A DNA stretch of 64,000 bases from the NCBI RefSeq assembly GCF_009914755.1, contig NC_060929.1; one strand, given 5' to 3'. Origin of the DNA: the human T2T-CHM13v2.0 reference genome, Homo sapiens. Under the pieces are notes generated by a model. It did no database searches, had not been told where the DNA came from, and saw nothing but the letters and a program-made list of their open reading frames with translations. The stretch's first letter is position 1, and each line of letters starts with the position of its first letter. A program made the translations under genes and the position numbers. Below are positions 28,756 through 45,280 of this stretch, piece after piece.

Positions 28756-31700
28756 TTTTTGTAGAATCCTTTTTATTTATTTATTATTTCAATAAGTCTT
28801 GAGGGACAGGTGGTGTTTGGTTACATGAATAAGTTCTTCAGTGATGATTTCTGAGATTTTGGTGCACCCATCACCCGAGCAGTGTATACTGTAACCAATG
28901 TATAGTCTTTTATCCCTCATCACCCTCCCACCCATTCCCCAAGTCCCTAAAGTCTATCATATCATTCTTATGCCTTTGCATCCTCATAGCTTAGCTCCCA
29001 CTTATAAGTGAGGACACGCAATGTTTGGTTTTTTATTCCTGAGTTACTTCACTTAGAATAATGGTCTCCAATTTCATCCAGATTGCTGCAAATGTCATTA
29101 TTTTGTTCCTTTTTATGGTGGAGTAGTATTCTATGGTGTATATTTATACACACCATATTTTCTTTATCCACTCATTGATTAATGGGCATTTGGGCTGGTT
29201 CCATATTTTTGCAACTGCAAATTGTGCTGCTATAAACATGTGTGTGCAAGTGTCTTTTTCGTATAATGACTTCCTTTCCTCTGGGTCGATACCCAGTTGT
29301 GGGATTGCTGGATCAAATGGCAGATTTACTTTAAGTTCTTTAAGGAATCTCCATCCACACTGTTTTCCATAGTTGTACTAGTTTACATTCCCACCAGCAG
29401 TCTAAACGTGTTCCTTTTTTGCCACATCCATTTCAACATCTTTTTATTTTTAATGGTCATTCTTGCAGGAGTACAGTGGTATCACATTGCGGTTTTGATT
29501 TGCATTTCCCTCATCGTTAGTAATGTTGACCATTTTTTCATGTGTTTGTGGGCCATTCGCATATCTTTTTTTGAGAATTGTCTACTCATGTCCTTAGCCC
29601 ACTTTTTGAAAGGATTGTTTGTTGTTATCTTGCTGGTTTGATTGAGTTCCTCGTACATTGTGGATATTAGTCCTTTGTCAGGTGCGTACTTTGTGAACAT
29701 TTTTCTCCTACTCTGTGGGTTATTTGTTTACTCTGCTGATTATTTCTTTTGCTATGCAGAAGCTTTTTAGTTTAATTAAGTCCCATCTATTTATTTATTT
29801 GTCTTTGTTTTGTTGCATTTACTTTTGGGTTCTTGGTCATGAAGTCTTTGTCTAAGCCAATATCTAGAAGGGTTTTTCCGATGTTCTGCGATTTTTATGA
29901 TTTCAGGTCTTATATTTAAGTCTTTAATCCATCTTGAGTTGATTTTTGCATAAGGTGAGAGATGAGGATCCAGATTCACTCTCCTACATGTGGCTTGCCA
30001 ATTATCCCAGCACCATTTGTTGAATAGGGTGTCCTTTCCCCACTTTATGTTTTTCTTTGCTTTGTTGAAGATCAGTTGGCTGTAAGTATTTCACTTTATT
30101 TCTGGGTTCTCTATTCTGTTCCATTGCTCTATGTGCCTATTTTCACAGCAATACCATGCTGTTTTGGTGACTATAGGTTTATAGCATAGCTTGAAGTCAG
30201 GCAATGTAATACTTCCAGATTTGTTCTTTTTGCTTAGCCTTGCTTTGGCTATGTGGGCTCTTTTTTGGTTACACATAAATTTTAGGATTGTTTTTACTAG
30301 TTCTGTGAAGAATGATGGTGGTATATTAATGGGAATTGCATTGAATTTGTAGATTGCTTTTGGTAGTACAGTCATTTTTACAATGTTAATTCTACCCATC
30401 CCTGAGCATGGAATGTGTTCCATTTGTTTGTGTCATCTATGATTTCTTTCAGCAGTGTTTTGTAGTTTTCTTTGTAGAGATCTTTCCCCTTCTTGATTAG
30501 GTATATTCCCTAAGTTTTTTGGTGTTTTTTTTTTCTTTTTTTTTGGTGGGGGGTACTATTGTAAAAGGAATTGAGTTATTGATTTGATTCTCAGCTTGGT
30601 CACTGTTGGGTTATAGCAGTGCTACTGATTTGTGTACATTAATTTTGTATCCTGAAACTTTACTGAATTCATTGATCAGTTCCAGGAGCTTTTTGGATGA
30701 GTCTTTAAGGTTTTCTATGTATACGATCATATCATCAAGAAACAGTGACAGTTTGACTTCCGCTTTACCAATTTGGATGCCTTTATTTCTTTCTCTTCTC
30801 TGCTTGCTCCAACTAGGACTTCCAGTACTATGTTGAATAGAAGTGGTGAAAGTCAGCATCCTTGTCTTTTTCCAGTTCTCAGGGGGAATGCTTTCCACTT
30901 TTCCCTGTTCAGTATAGTGTTGGCTGTGGGTATGTCATAGATGGCTTTTATTACCTTAAGGTACATCCCCTCTAGGCTGATTTTGCTGAAGATTTCAATC
31001 ATAAAGTGATGCTGGATTTTGTCAAATGCTCTTTCTGTGTCTATTGGGATGATCATGATTTTTGTTTTTAGTTCTGTTTATGTGGTATATCACATTTATT
31101 GACTTGCAGATGTTAAACCATCCCTGCATCCCTGATATGAAACCCAATTGACCATGGTGGATTATCTTTTTGATATGCTGTTGGATTCGGTTAGGTAGTA
31201 TTTTATTGAGGATTTTTGTATCTATGTTCATCAGGGATATTGGTCTATAGTTTTATTTTTTGTTATATCCTTTCCTGGTTTGATATAAGGGCGATAATGG
31301 CTTCATAGAATGATTTAGGGAGGATTCCCTCTTTCTCTATATTTTGAAATAGTGTCAATAGGATTGGTACCAATTCTTCCTTGAATATCTGATAGAATTC
31401 AGCTGTGAATCCTTCTGGTCCTAGACTTTTTATTGTTGCTGGCTATTTTTTTCTTACCATTTGAATCTCGCTGCTTGCTATTGGTCTGTTCAGAGTTTCT
31501 ATTTCTTCCTGGTTTTATCTAGGAGGGTTATATATTTTCAGAAATTTATACATCTCCTCTAGGTTTTCTAGTTTGTGCACATTAAGGTGTTCCTAGTAGC
31601 CTTTAATGATCTTTTGTATTTATATGGTATCAGTTGTAATATTTCCCATTTTGTTTCTAATTGAGCTTATTTGGATCGTCTCTCTTTTCTTGGTTAATCT

Positions 31701-32328
31701 TACTAATGGTCTATTGATTTTGTTTATCTTTCCAAAGAACCAGCTTTTTGTTTCGTTTATCATTTGTATTATTTTTTGTTTCAATTTCATTTAGCTCTGC
31801 TCTGATCTTTGTTATTTATTTTCTTCTGCTGGGTTTTGGTTTGTTCTTCTTTCTCTAGTTCCTTGAGGTGTGACCTTAGATTGCCTATTTGTGCTCTTTC
31901 AGATTTTTTTATGTAGCCATTCAATACAATGAATTTTCCTCTTAGTACTGCTTTTGCTGTATCCCAGAGATTTTCATAGGTTGGGTCACTACCATAGTTC
32001 AGTTCAAATAATTTAATTTCCATCTCGATTTTGTTATTGACCCAACAATAATCCAGGAGCAGGTTATTTAATTTCCATGTCTTTGCATGGCTTTGAGGGT
32101 TCCTTTTGGAGTTGATTTCCAATTTTATTCCCCTGTGGTCTAAGAGAGTACTTGATATAATTTCAGTTTTCTTAAATTTATTGAGACTTGTTTTGTGGCC
32201 TATCATATGGTCTATCTTGGAGAATGTTCCATGTGCTGATGAATAGAATGTATATTCTGCACTCACTGGATAGAATGTTCTGTAAATATCTCTTAAGTCC
32301 ATTTGTCCTAAGGTATAGTTTAAGTCCA

Positions 32329-32617
32329 TTTTTTTTTTTTTTTTTTTGAGACGGAGTCTCACTCTGCCACCCAGGCTGGAGTACAGTGGTGCGATTTTGG
32401 CTCACTACAAGCTCCGCCTCCTGGGTTCACGCCATTCTCCTGCCTCAGCCTCCCGAGTAGCTGAGACTACAGGCACCCACCACTGCACCCAGCTAATTTT
32501 TTGTATTTTCAGTAGAGACGGGGTTTCACTGTGGTCTCGATCTCCTGACCTCGTGATCTACCCGCCTCGGCCTCCCAAAGTGCTGGGATTACAGGCATGA
32601 GCCACCGTGCCCAGCCC
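32329..32617 (-). mobile_element. AluY, Yd-lineage, inserted in L1PB
   Basis: 12-bp deletion in left arm (GAGACC^ACAGTGAAACC) and GCAGTGG in right arm; TSD AGTCCATT. Confidence 0.8.
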
Positions 32618-32694
32618 CAGTCCATTGTTTCTTTGTAGATTTTCTGTCTTGATGATTTGTTTAGTGCTGCCAGTGGAGTACTGAAGTCCCCCAC

Positions 32695-33065
32695 TGTATT
32701 AGTCTGTTTTCATACTGCTATAAAAACTGCCAGAGACCAGGTAATTTATAAAGAAAAGAAGTTTAATTAAATCATAGTTCTGCATTGCTGGGGAGGCCTT
32801 AGGAAACTTACAATCATGGCAGAAGGGGAAGCAAACGTGTCCTTCTTCACAAGGCAGCAGGAGAGAAAGAGCAAACAAGAGCAGAGAAAATTGCCCTATA
32901 AAACCATCAGATCTCATGAGAACTCACTCTCAGGGGAACAGCATGAGGAAAACTGTCCCCAGGATCCAATCACCTCCCACCTGGTTCCTCCCTCAACACA
33001 TGGGGATTGTAGGGATTTCAATTCTAGAAGAGATTTGGGTGAGAACACAGAGCCAAACCATGTCA
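32695..33065 (-). mobile_element. THE1 (probably THE1D) solo LTR in L1PB
   Basis: TGTATTAGTC...AAACCATGTCA; 5-bp TSD CCCAC. Confidence 0.88.
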
Positions 33066-34663
33066 CCCACAATTACTGTGTTGCTGTCTATCTCATTTCT
33101 TAGGTCTAGTAGTAATAGTTTTATAAATTTGAAAGCTCCAGTGTTAGGTACATATATATTTAGGATTGTGATATTTTTCTGTTGGAACAGTCCTTTTTAT
33201 CATTATATAATATTCCTCTTTGTCTTTTTTAACTATTGTTGCTTTAAAGTCTGTTTTGTCTGATATAAGAACAGCTACTCCTGCTCGCTTTTGGCATCCA
33301 TTTGCATGGAATATCTTTTTCTACCCCGTTACCTTTAGTTTATATGAGTGCTTATGTGTTAGGTGAGTCTCTTGAAAATAACAGATACTTGGTTGGTGAA
33401 TTCTTATCCATTCTGCCACATTCTGTATCTTTTAAGTGGAGCATTTAGGCCATTTACATTCAATGTTAGTACTGAGAAGTGAGGTACTATTCTATTCATT
33501 GTGCTACTTGTTGCCTGAATACCTTGTTGTTTTTTTTCACTGTTTTACTGTTTTATAGGTCCTGTGAGATTTATGCTTTAAAGAGGTTCTATTTTGGTGT
33601 ATTTCATGCATTTGTTTCAGGATTTAGAGCTCCTTTTAGCAGTTCTTATAGTAGCTTGGTAGTAGCAAATTCTCTCAGCATTTGTCTTTAAAAGACTGTA
33701 TCTTTGCTTTGTTTATGAAGCTTAGTTTGACTGGATACAAAATTCTTGGCTGATAATTATTTTGTTTAAGGAGGTTAAAGATAGGACCCCAATCCCTTCT
33801 AGCTTGCAGGGTTTCTGCTAAAAATCTCCTGTTAATCTGATAGGTTTTCCTTTGTAGGTTACCTGGTGCTTTTGCCTCACAACTCTTAAGATTCCTTCCT
33901 TCATCTCGACTTTAGATAATCTGATGACTATGTGCCTAGGTGATTACCTTTTTGCGATGAATTTCCCAGATGTTCTTTGAGCTTCTTGTATTTGGATGTC
34001 TAGATCTCTGGCAAGGCCAGGGAAGTTTTCCTTGATTATTCCCTCAAATATGTTTTCCAGACTTTTAGATTTCTCTTCTTCCTCAGGAAGACCAATTACT
34101 CTTAGGTTTGGTCATTTAGCATAATCCCAAATTTCTTTGAGGCTTTGTTCACTTTTTTAATTCTTTTTTTCTTTGTCTTTATTGGATTGGGTTAATTCAA
34201 AAGCCTTGTCTTCAAGCTCTGAAGTTCTTTCTTCTATTTGTTTGATTCTATCACTGAGACTTTCCAGTGTATTTTGCATTTCTCTAAGTTTGTCCTTTAT
34301 TTCCAGAAGTTGTGATTGTTTTTTATTTATGCTATCTGTTTCTCTGAAGATTTTTCCATCCATATCCTGTATCATTTTTTAAATTTCTTTAAGTTGAATT
34401 TCCCCTTTCTCTGGTGACTCCTTGAGAAGCTTAATAATCTACCTTCACAATTCTTTTTCTGGCAATTCAAGGATTTCTTCTTGGTTTGGATCCGTTGCTG
34501 GTGAACTAGTGTAATCTTTTGGGGAGTGTTAAAGAACCTTGTTTTGTTATATTACCAGAATTGTTTTTCTGCTTCCTTTTCATTTGTGTAGATTATGTCA
34601 AAGGGAAGATCTGGGGATCAAGGGCTATTGTTCAGATTATTTTGTCCCATGGGGTGATCCCTT

Positions 34664-35454
<791 letters not shown>

Positions 35455-35456
35455 TC

Positions 35457-35474
35457 TGGTGGCCCATATGGGGA
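35457..35474 (+). promoter_or_regulatory. Primer-binding site, complementary to tRNA-Ile(AAT)
   Basis: TGGTGGCCCATATGGGGA, 2 nt after the LTR; 16/18 match to the recalled tRNA-Ile 3' complement TGGTGGCCCGTACGGGGA, both mismatches at CpG. Confidence 0.8.
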
Positions 35475-36309
35475 TTCTCCAAAGCAGTGAGTAATATCGG
35501 ACCACTTTCGCTTGCTATTCTGTCCTATACTTCCTTAGAATTGGAGTAAAATACTGGGCACCTGTCAGCCAGTTAAAAACAGTAGCATGGCTGCTGGACT
35601 TAAGACTCAGGTGTGAGGCTATCTAGGGAAGGGCTTTCTAACAACCCCCAACCCTTCTGGCTTGGGAGCATTGGTCTGCCTGGAACCAGCTTCCACTTTC
35701 ACAATTTTCCTGGGGAAGCCAAGGGCTGACTAGTAGCAGAAAGCTGTCATCCCGAACTCCTGGCATTAGCCAGTTGAGATCACGGCACAGCCAGAAGTCT
35801 CTATTCAACCAGCCGCCCATGTATGCGCCCCACCTTTCCTTCTGACCCATACCTCCTGGGTCCCAACCATGACTTTCTTGAAAGTGTAGCCCCCAAATTC
35901 TCCTTACCTCTGAATCTACTTCCTTTGATCCCTGCCTTCTAGGTACTAATGGTTCAGACTTTCATTCCCTCTAGCAAGTTGTATCTCCAAAGGGATCTAA
36001 AGAAGCTCTATGCTGCATCATTAGGCATCTAAGCTATGAACCCAGGGAGTCTTGTCCCTGGTGTCCCTCCAATTTAGGTATACAGCTCTTGACATGGGCA
36101 GTTATGTGGGACCTGTTCCCCACCACCCTTGCAGGGCCTTAGAACTGATAACCCAGTACTTTAACAACTGGAACTGGATCTACAACAACATAATAGATCA
36201 GGATGAAAATGAATTGAGTAAATTACAGGGAGGCGCGTATTCCTATAGTGGCAAATGGGGGCAACAAGCAAACGTCCTTCCACTGTGTTTCCAAAATCCA
36301 TCTACAAGG

Positions 36310-36530
36310 AGATAGAGAGGAGGAGAGAGAGAGAGAAAGAGAGAGAGACAGAGAGGAGAGAGAGAGAGAAAAACAGGAGACAGAAAGCGAGGAGAGAGAG
36401 AGACAGACAGAGAGGAGAGACAGAGAGGAGAGAGACAGAGAGAGAGACAGAGAGGAGAGAGAAAGAGACAGGAGAGAGAGACAAAGGGGGGGAGAGAGAC
36501 AGAGAGAAAGAAAAGAAGTAGTAAAGAAAA
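36310..36530 (+). repeat. AG-rich simple repeat in the HERV-W pre-gag leader
   Basis: (GA)n/GACA/GAGGA run; the AG-rich stretch is a known HERV-W leader feature. Confidence 0.9.
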
Positions 36531-37624
36531 AAGTGTACCCTATTCCTTTAAAAGCCAGGGTAAATTTAAAACCTATAATTAATAACTGAAGGTCTTCTCC
36601 GGGACCCTATAACACTCCAATACCACTTTGTTGTCAGTATAAACAAGAGCGTAGCCCAAAAGGACTGAGGCCACTGACAACCCACAGCCTTCCTATCAAA
36701 AATCCTTAACCCAGTAACCCGTGGATGGCCCAAATGCATTCAATCTGTAGCAGCAACTGCTTTGCTAGCAGAAGAAAGTAAAAAAATAACTTTTAGGGGA
36801 AACCTCATTGTAAGCACACCTCACCAGTTCAGAACTATCCTAAGTCAAAAAAAGCAAAAAGGTAGCTTACTAACTCAAAAATCTTAAAGTATGGGGCTAT
36901 TCTGTTAGAAAAAAGGTGATTTAACACTAACCACTGAAAATTCCCTTAACCCAGCAGACTTCCTAACAGAGGATTTAAATCTTAATTACCATACAAAGGT
37001 CCAACCAGACCTAGGAGGAACTCCCTTCAGAAAAGGAGGACAGATGGTTCCTCCCAGGTGATTAAGGAAAAAACACAATGGGTATTCAGTAATTAATAGG
37101 GAAACTCTTGTAAAAGCAGAGTTACGAAAATTGCCTAATAATTGGTCTGCTGAAACGTGCAAGCTGTTTGCACTCAGCCAAGCCTTAAAGCACTTACGGA
37201 ATAAAAACAAAAAAAACTCTATCTCAATCCTGACTCAAAAGGTTACCTACACCCTCTCTGAAATAAATTTGCATAAGAACTGTTGTTTATGGGAATACAT
37301 CTTAATGGGGCAGCTGGGTTATGAAATACTCAGGAACCCAGCTCAGCTCTAGGACTCACCCCAGAGCACAAAGGCAATGTTGGGCACGCTGGTAAAGGAC
37401 CACTAGAATCCAGCAGCCTGGAACCCTTTCTTTGTGGTCAAGAAAAGCAGGAAAAGGGGTGCAGGACTGCTACATTGGTAAATGTAACTAATCTGATAAG
37501 CAGAGGTCCATGGGTGGTTACACACCCTGGAAAGGAATAAGCATTAGGACCATAGAGAACACTCTAGGACTATGCTCGTCGGAAAAAGACTAGGGGTCCT
37601 GGCATCCCTATGTACTTTTTTCAG

Positions 37625-38954
<1,330 letters not shown>

Positions 38955-41550
38955 GGATGCCCAGGACAAGTGCCAGCCCATGCCATCACCCTCACAGAGC
39001 CCCAGGTATGCTTGACCATTGAGGGACAGGAGGTTAACTGTCTCCTGGACACTGACGTGGCCTTCTCAGTCTTACTCTCCTGTCCCGGCCAACTGTCCTC
39101 CAGATCTGTCACTATCCGAGGAGTCCTAGAACAGGCAGTCACTAAATACTTCTCCTAGCCACTAAGTTATGATTGGGGAACTTCACTCTTTTCACATGCC
39201 TTTCTAATTATGCCTGAAAGCCCACTCCTTTGTTAGGGAAATACATTCTAGCAAAAGCAGGGGCCATTATACACCTGAACATAGGAAAAGAAACACGTTT
39301 TTTTGTCCCCTACTTAAGGAAGGAATTAATCCTGAAGTCTGGGCAACAAAACGACAATATGGATGAGCAAACAATGCCCGTCCCGTTCAAGTTAAACTAA
39401 AGGGTTCCACCTCCGTTCCCTACCAAAGGCATTACCTGCTTAGACCCGAGGACCAATAAGGACTCCAAAAGATTGTTAAGGACCTAAAAGCCCAAGGCCT
39501 AGTAAAACCAAGCAATAGCTCCTGCAATACTCCAATTTTAGGAGTACAGAAACCCAACGGACAGTGGAGGTTAGTGCAAGATCTCAGGATTATCAATGAG
39601 GCCGTTGTCCCTCTATACCCAGCTGTACCTAACCCTTATACTATGCTTTCCCAAATACCAGAGAAAGCAGAGTGGTTTACAGTCCTGGACCTTAAGGATA
39701 CCTTTTTCTGCATCCCCGTACATTCTGACTCTCAATTCTTATTTGCCTTTAAAGATCCTTCAAACCCAACATCTCAACTCACCTGGACTGTTTTACCCCA
39801 CAGGGTTCAGGGATAGCCCCCATCTATTTGGCCAGGCATTAGCCCAAGACTTGAGCCAGTTCTCATACTTGGTCACTCTTGTCCTTCGGTATGTGGATGA
39901 TTTACTTCTAGCCACCCATTCAGAAACCTTGTGCCATCAAGCCACTCAAGCGCTTTTAAACTTCCTCACCACTTGTGGCTACAAGGTTTCCAAACCAAAG
40001 GCTCAGCTCTGCTTACAGCAGGTTAAATACTTAGGGCTAAAATTATCCAAAGGCACCAGGGCCCTCAGTGAGGAATGTATCCAGCCTATACTGGCTTATC
40101 CTCATCCCAAAACCCTGAAGCAATTAAGAGGTTCCTTGGCATAACAGGCTTCTGCCGAATATGGATTCCCAGGTACGGTGAAATAGCCAGGCCATTATAC
40201 ACACTAATTAAGGAAACTCAGAAAGCCAATACCCATTTAGTAGAATGGACACCTGAAGCAGAAGTGGCTTTTCTGGCCCTAAAGAAGGCCCTAACCTATG
40301 CCCCAGTGTTAAGCTTGCCAACGGGGCAAGACTTTTCTTTATATGTCACAGAAAAAACAGGAATAGCTCTAGGAGTCCTTACACATGTCCGAGAGACCAG
40401 CTTGCAACCCGTGGCATACCTGAGTAAGGAAATTTATGTAGTGACAAAGGGTTGGCCTCATTGTTTACAGGTAGTGGCAGCAGTAGCAGTCTTAGTATCT
40501 AAAGCAGTTAAAATGATACAGGGAAAGAGATCTTACTGTGTGGCCATCTCATAATGTGAACAGCATACTCACTGCTAAAGGAGACTTGTGGCTGTCAGAC
40601 AACCATTTGCTTAAATATCAGGCTCTATTACTTGAAGGGCCAGTGCTGCGACTGTGCACTTGTGCAACTCTTAACCCAGCCACATTTCTTCCAGACAATG
40701 AAGAAAAGATAGAACGTAACTGTCAACAAGTAATTGCTCAAACCTACGCTGCTCGAGGGGACCTTCTAGAGGTTCCCTTGGCTGATCCCGACCTCAACTT
40801 GTGTACTGATGGAAGCTCCTTTGTAGAAAAAGGACTTCAAAAGGCGGAGTATGCAGTGGTCAGTGACAATGGAATACTTGAAAGTAATCCCCTCACTCCA
40901 GGAACTAGCGCTCAGGTGGCAGAACTAATAGCCCTCATTCAGACACTAGAGTTAGGAGAAGGAAAAAGAGTAAATATATATACAGAATCTAAGTATGCTT
41001 ACCTAGTCCTCCATGCCCGTGCAACAATATGGAGAGAAAGGGAATTCCTAACTTCCAAGGGAACACCTATCAAACATCAGGAAGCCATTAGGAAATTATT
41101 ATTGGCTGTACAAAAACCTAAAGAGGTGGCAGTCTTACACTGCCGGGGTCATCAGAAAGGAAAGGGAAATAGAAGGGAACCGCCAAGTGGATATTAAAAC
41201 CAAAAGAGCCGCAAGGTGGGACCCTCCATTAGAAATGCTTATAGAGGACCCCTAGTATGGAGTAATCCCCTCTGGGAAACCAAACCCCAGTACTCAGCAG
41301 AAGAAATAGAAAGGGGAACCTCACGAGGACATAGTTTCCTCCCCTCAGGATGGCTAGCCACCGAAGAAGAAAAAATACTTTTGCCTGCAGCTAACCAATG
41401 AAAATTACTTAAAACCCTTCACCAGACCTTTCACTTAGGCATTAATAGCACCCATGATATGGCCAAATCATTATTTATTGGACCAGGCCTTTTCAAAACT
41501 ATGAAGCAGATAGTCAGGGCCTGTAAAGTGTGCCAAAGAAATAATCCCCT
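38955..41550 (+). pseudogene. HERV-W pro-pol remnant (PR, RT, RNase H, IN N-terminus only)
   Basis: LLDTD (mutated DTG), VQDLRIINEAV, VLDLKD.FF, YVDDLLLA, TDGSSFV, SAQVAELIAL, HHCC; multiple frameshifts. Confidence 0.92.
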
Positions 41551-41574
41551 GCACTTCAGGCTATACATTTCAAT

Positions 41575-41809
41575 CTCTGTATCTTTAACCTCCTTGTTAA
41601 GTTTGTCTCTTCCAAAATCAAAGCTGTAAAACTACAAATCGTTCTTCAAATGGAGCCCCAGATGCAGTCCATGATGAAGATCTACCGCAGGACCCCTGGA
41701 CCGGCCTGCTAGCCCATGCTCCGATGTTAATGATATTGAAGGCACCCCTCCCAAGGAAATCTCAACTGCATGACCCCTATTACGCCCCAATTCAGCAGGA
41801 AGCAGTTAA
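41575..41809 (+). pseudogene. HERV-W env 3' remnant (cytoplasmic tail)
   Basis: CIFNLLVKFVSSKIKAVKLQIVLQMEPQMQS...RPNSAGSS*, homologous to the syncytin-1 tail. Confidence 0.9.
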
Positions 41810-41868
41810 GAGTGGTAGTCGGCCAACCTCCCCAACAACACTTGGGTTTTCCTGTTGGAAGCGGGGAC

Positions 41869-42629
<761 letters not shown>

Positions 42630-42930
42630 CCTCGATGTGGTACTCTCCCCTTTTCCCTAAGGATGGGCTTTCTGAGACCCAAATTGCAGTGATTATGTTA
42701 TTTCTCTTCTGGGTCTAGCCACCCAGTGCATACTGGGCTCTGGACTGGTACTGGGGAGTGTCTGCCAAGATTCCTGTGATGTGATCTGTCTTCAGGTCCC
42801 TCAGCCATGGATACCAGCATCTGCTCAGGTGAGGGTAGCAGGGGAGTGAAGTGGACTCTGTGAGGGTCCTTGGTTGTAGTTTTGTTTAGTGACTGGTTTT
42901 GTGTTGGTTGGCCTCCAGCCCAGAGGTGGC
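42630..42930 (-). mobile_element. Continuation (5' part) of the same L1PB beyond the provirus
   Basis: ggggtgatccctt|provirus|cctcgatgtggtactctcccc rejoins contiguous L1 5' sequence. Confidence 0.8.
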
Positions 42931-42939
42931 ACCGACTAC

Positions 42940-43230
42940 CCTAAGACCATCACGCTACAAGAAGCACAACCCACATGGAGATAACCTAGAGAATGAAACC
43001 TCATGTAGAAAGAGAGGTCAAGCAGCACAAAGACACATTTGTGAGCAGAGAAAGAAGCCATCTTAGAAGTAAATCTTCTAGCCCAACTGACACCACCTTT
43101 ATTGGAAGAGAAAAACTACTAGTTGAGCTCTTTCTAAATGCTTGCCACAAAACCCATGAGTAAAATAAAATGGTTACTTTAAGTCACTAAAGTTTGGGGT
43201 AGATTGTTTCTCAGCAATACAAAATCAAAA
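42940..43230 (+). mobile_element. MLT1 LTR 3' part
   Basis: gaagccatcttaga...aaaatggttactttaagtcactaaagtttggggtagattgtttctcagcaata. Confidence 0.6.
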
Positions 43231-43519
43231 CAATTCCTAACTCACAGCATGAATAAAAAATCATGGGCAAAACCATTAAACATAAGGCACAAAAATATCT
43301 CTTATTCTAAGATAAAAGAAAATATATCTCTCTGACTTTGAGTAATGAAGGGACTTGTTTTAAGAAAGGTATTAAGACCACACAACATAAAGGAAAAGAC
43401 TGATAGATTCAACTACATTAAAATTAAGAACTTTTCTGTTCATCAAGATACCATAAAGTGAAAAAAAGAAAGATCTTTGTAATCCATATAACTGATAAAG
43501 TGTAAATATCCAGAATACA

Positions 43520-44958
<1,439 letters not shown>

Positions 44959-45266
44959 CAGAATATATTTTTTTAAACCACAATGAATCTATAAGAAAAA
45001 ACTTCTGTGAAGAAAGGCAAAACACATGAACCAGGCATTTCCAGATGTGGAATTAGGAACGGTGAATAAGCATAAAAATATACTCAACCTCATCAGTAAT
45101 CAAGGAAATTCAAGATAACATCATGAAACAGAATTTCACACACATCAAATTGGCAAAAGTTTAAGTCAACATCAAATATTTTCTGCTACTGAAATAAAAA
45201 TTAGCATACATTCTTTTATGAAGGATGTCTTTCTCAATAAAACTGACAACATTTAAAAAGAGCAGA

Positions 45267-45280
45267 GCTCCCTCTAGTGG
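45267..45280 (-). promoter_or_regulatory. Candidate CTCF motif
   Basis: Minus strand CCACTAGAGGGAGC, close to the CTCF core consensus; motif only. Confidence 0.5.

Larger units (their letters stand above)
28769..34663 (-). mobile_element. L1PB-type LINE-1, 3' UTR/ORF2/ORF1 portion
   Basis: Minus-strand ORF2 fragments ([28 protein letters not shown]), ORF1 coiled-coil fragment, L1PB-like 3' end. Confidence 0.9.

Noticed and set aside
36248-36589. ER-rich ORFs
   Set aside because: Translation of the AG simple repeat in the HERV-W leader.
39574-41197. Functional Pol
   Set aside because: Split over several frames, protease DTG mutated, integrase core absent.
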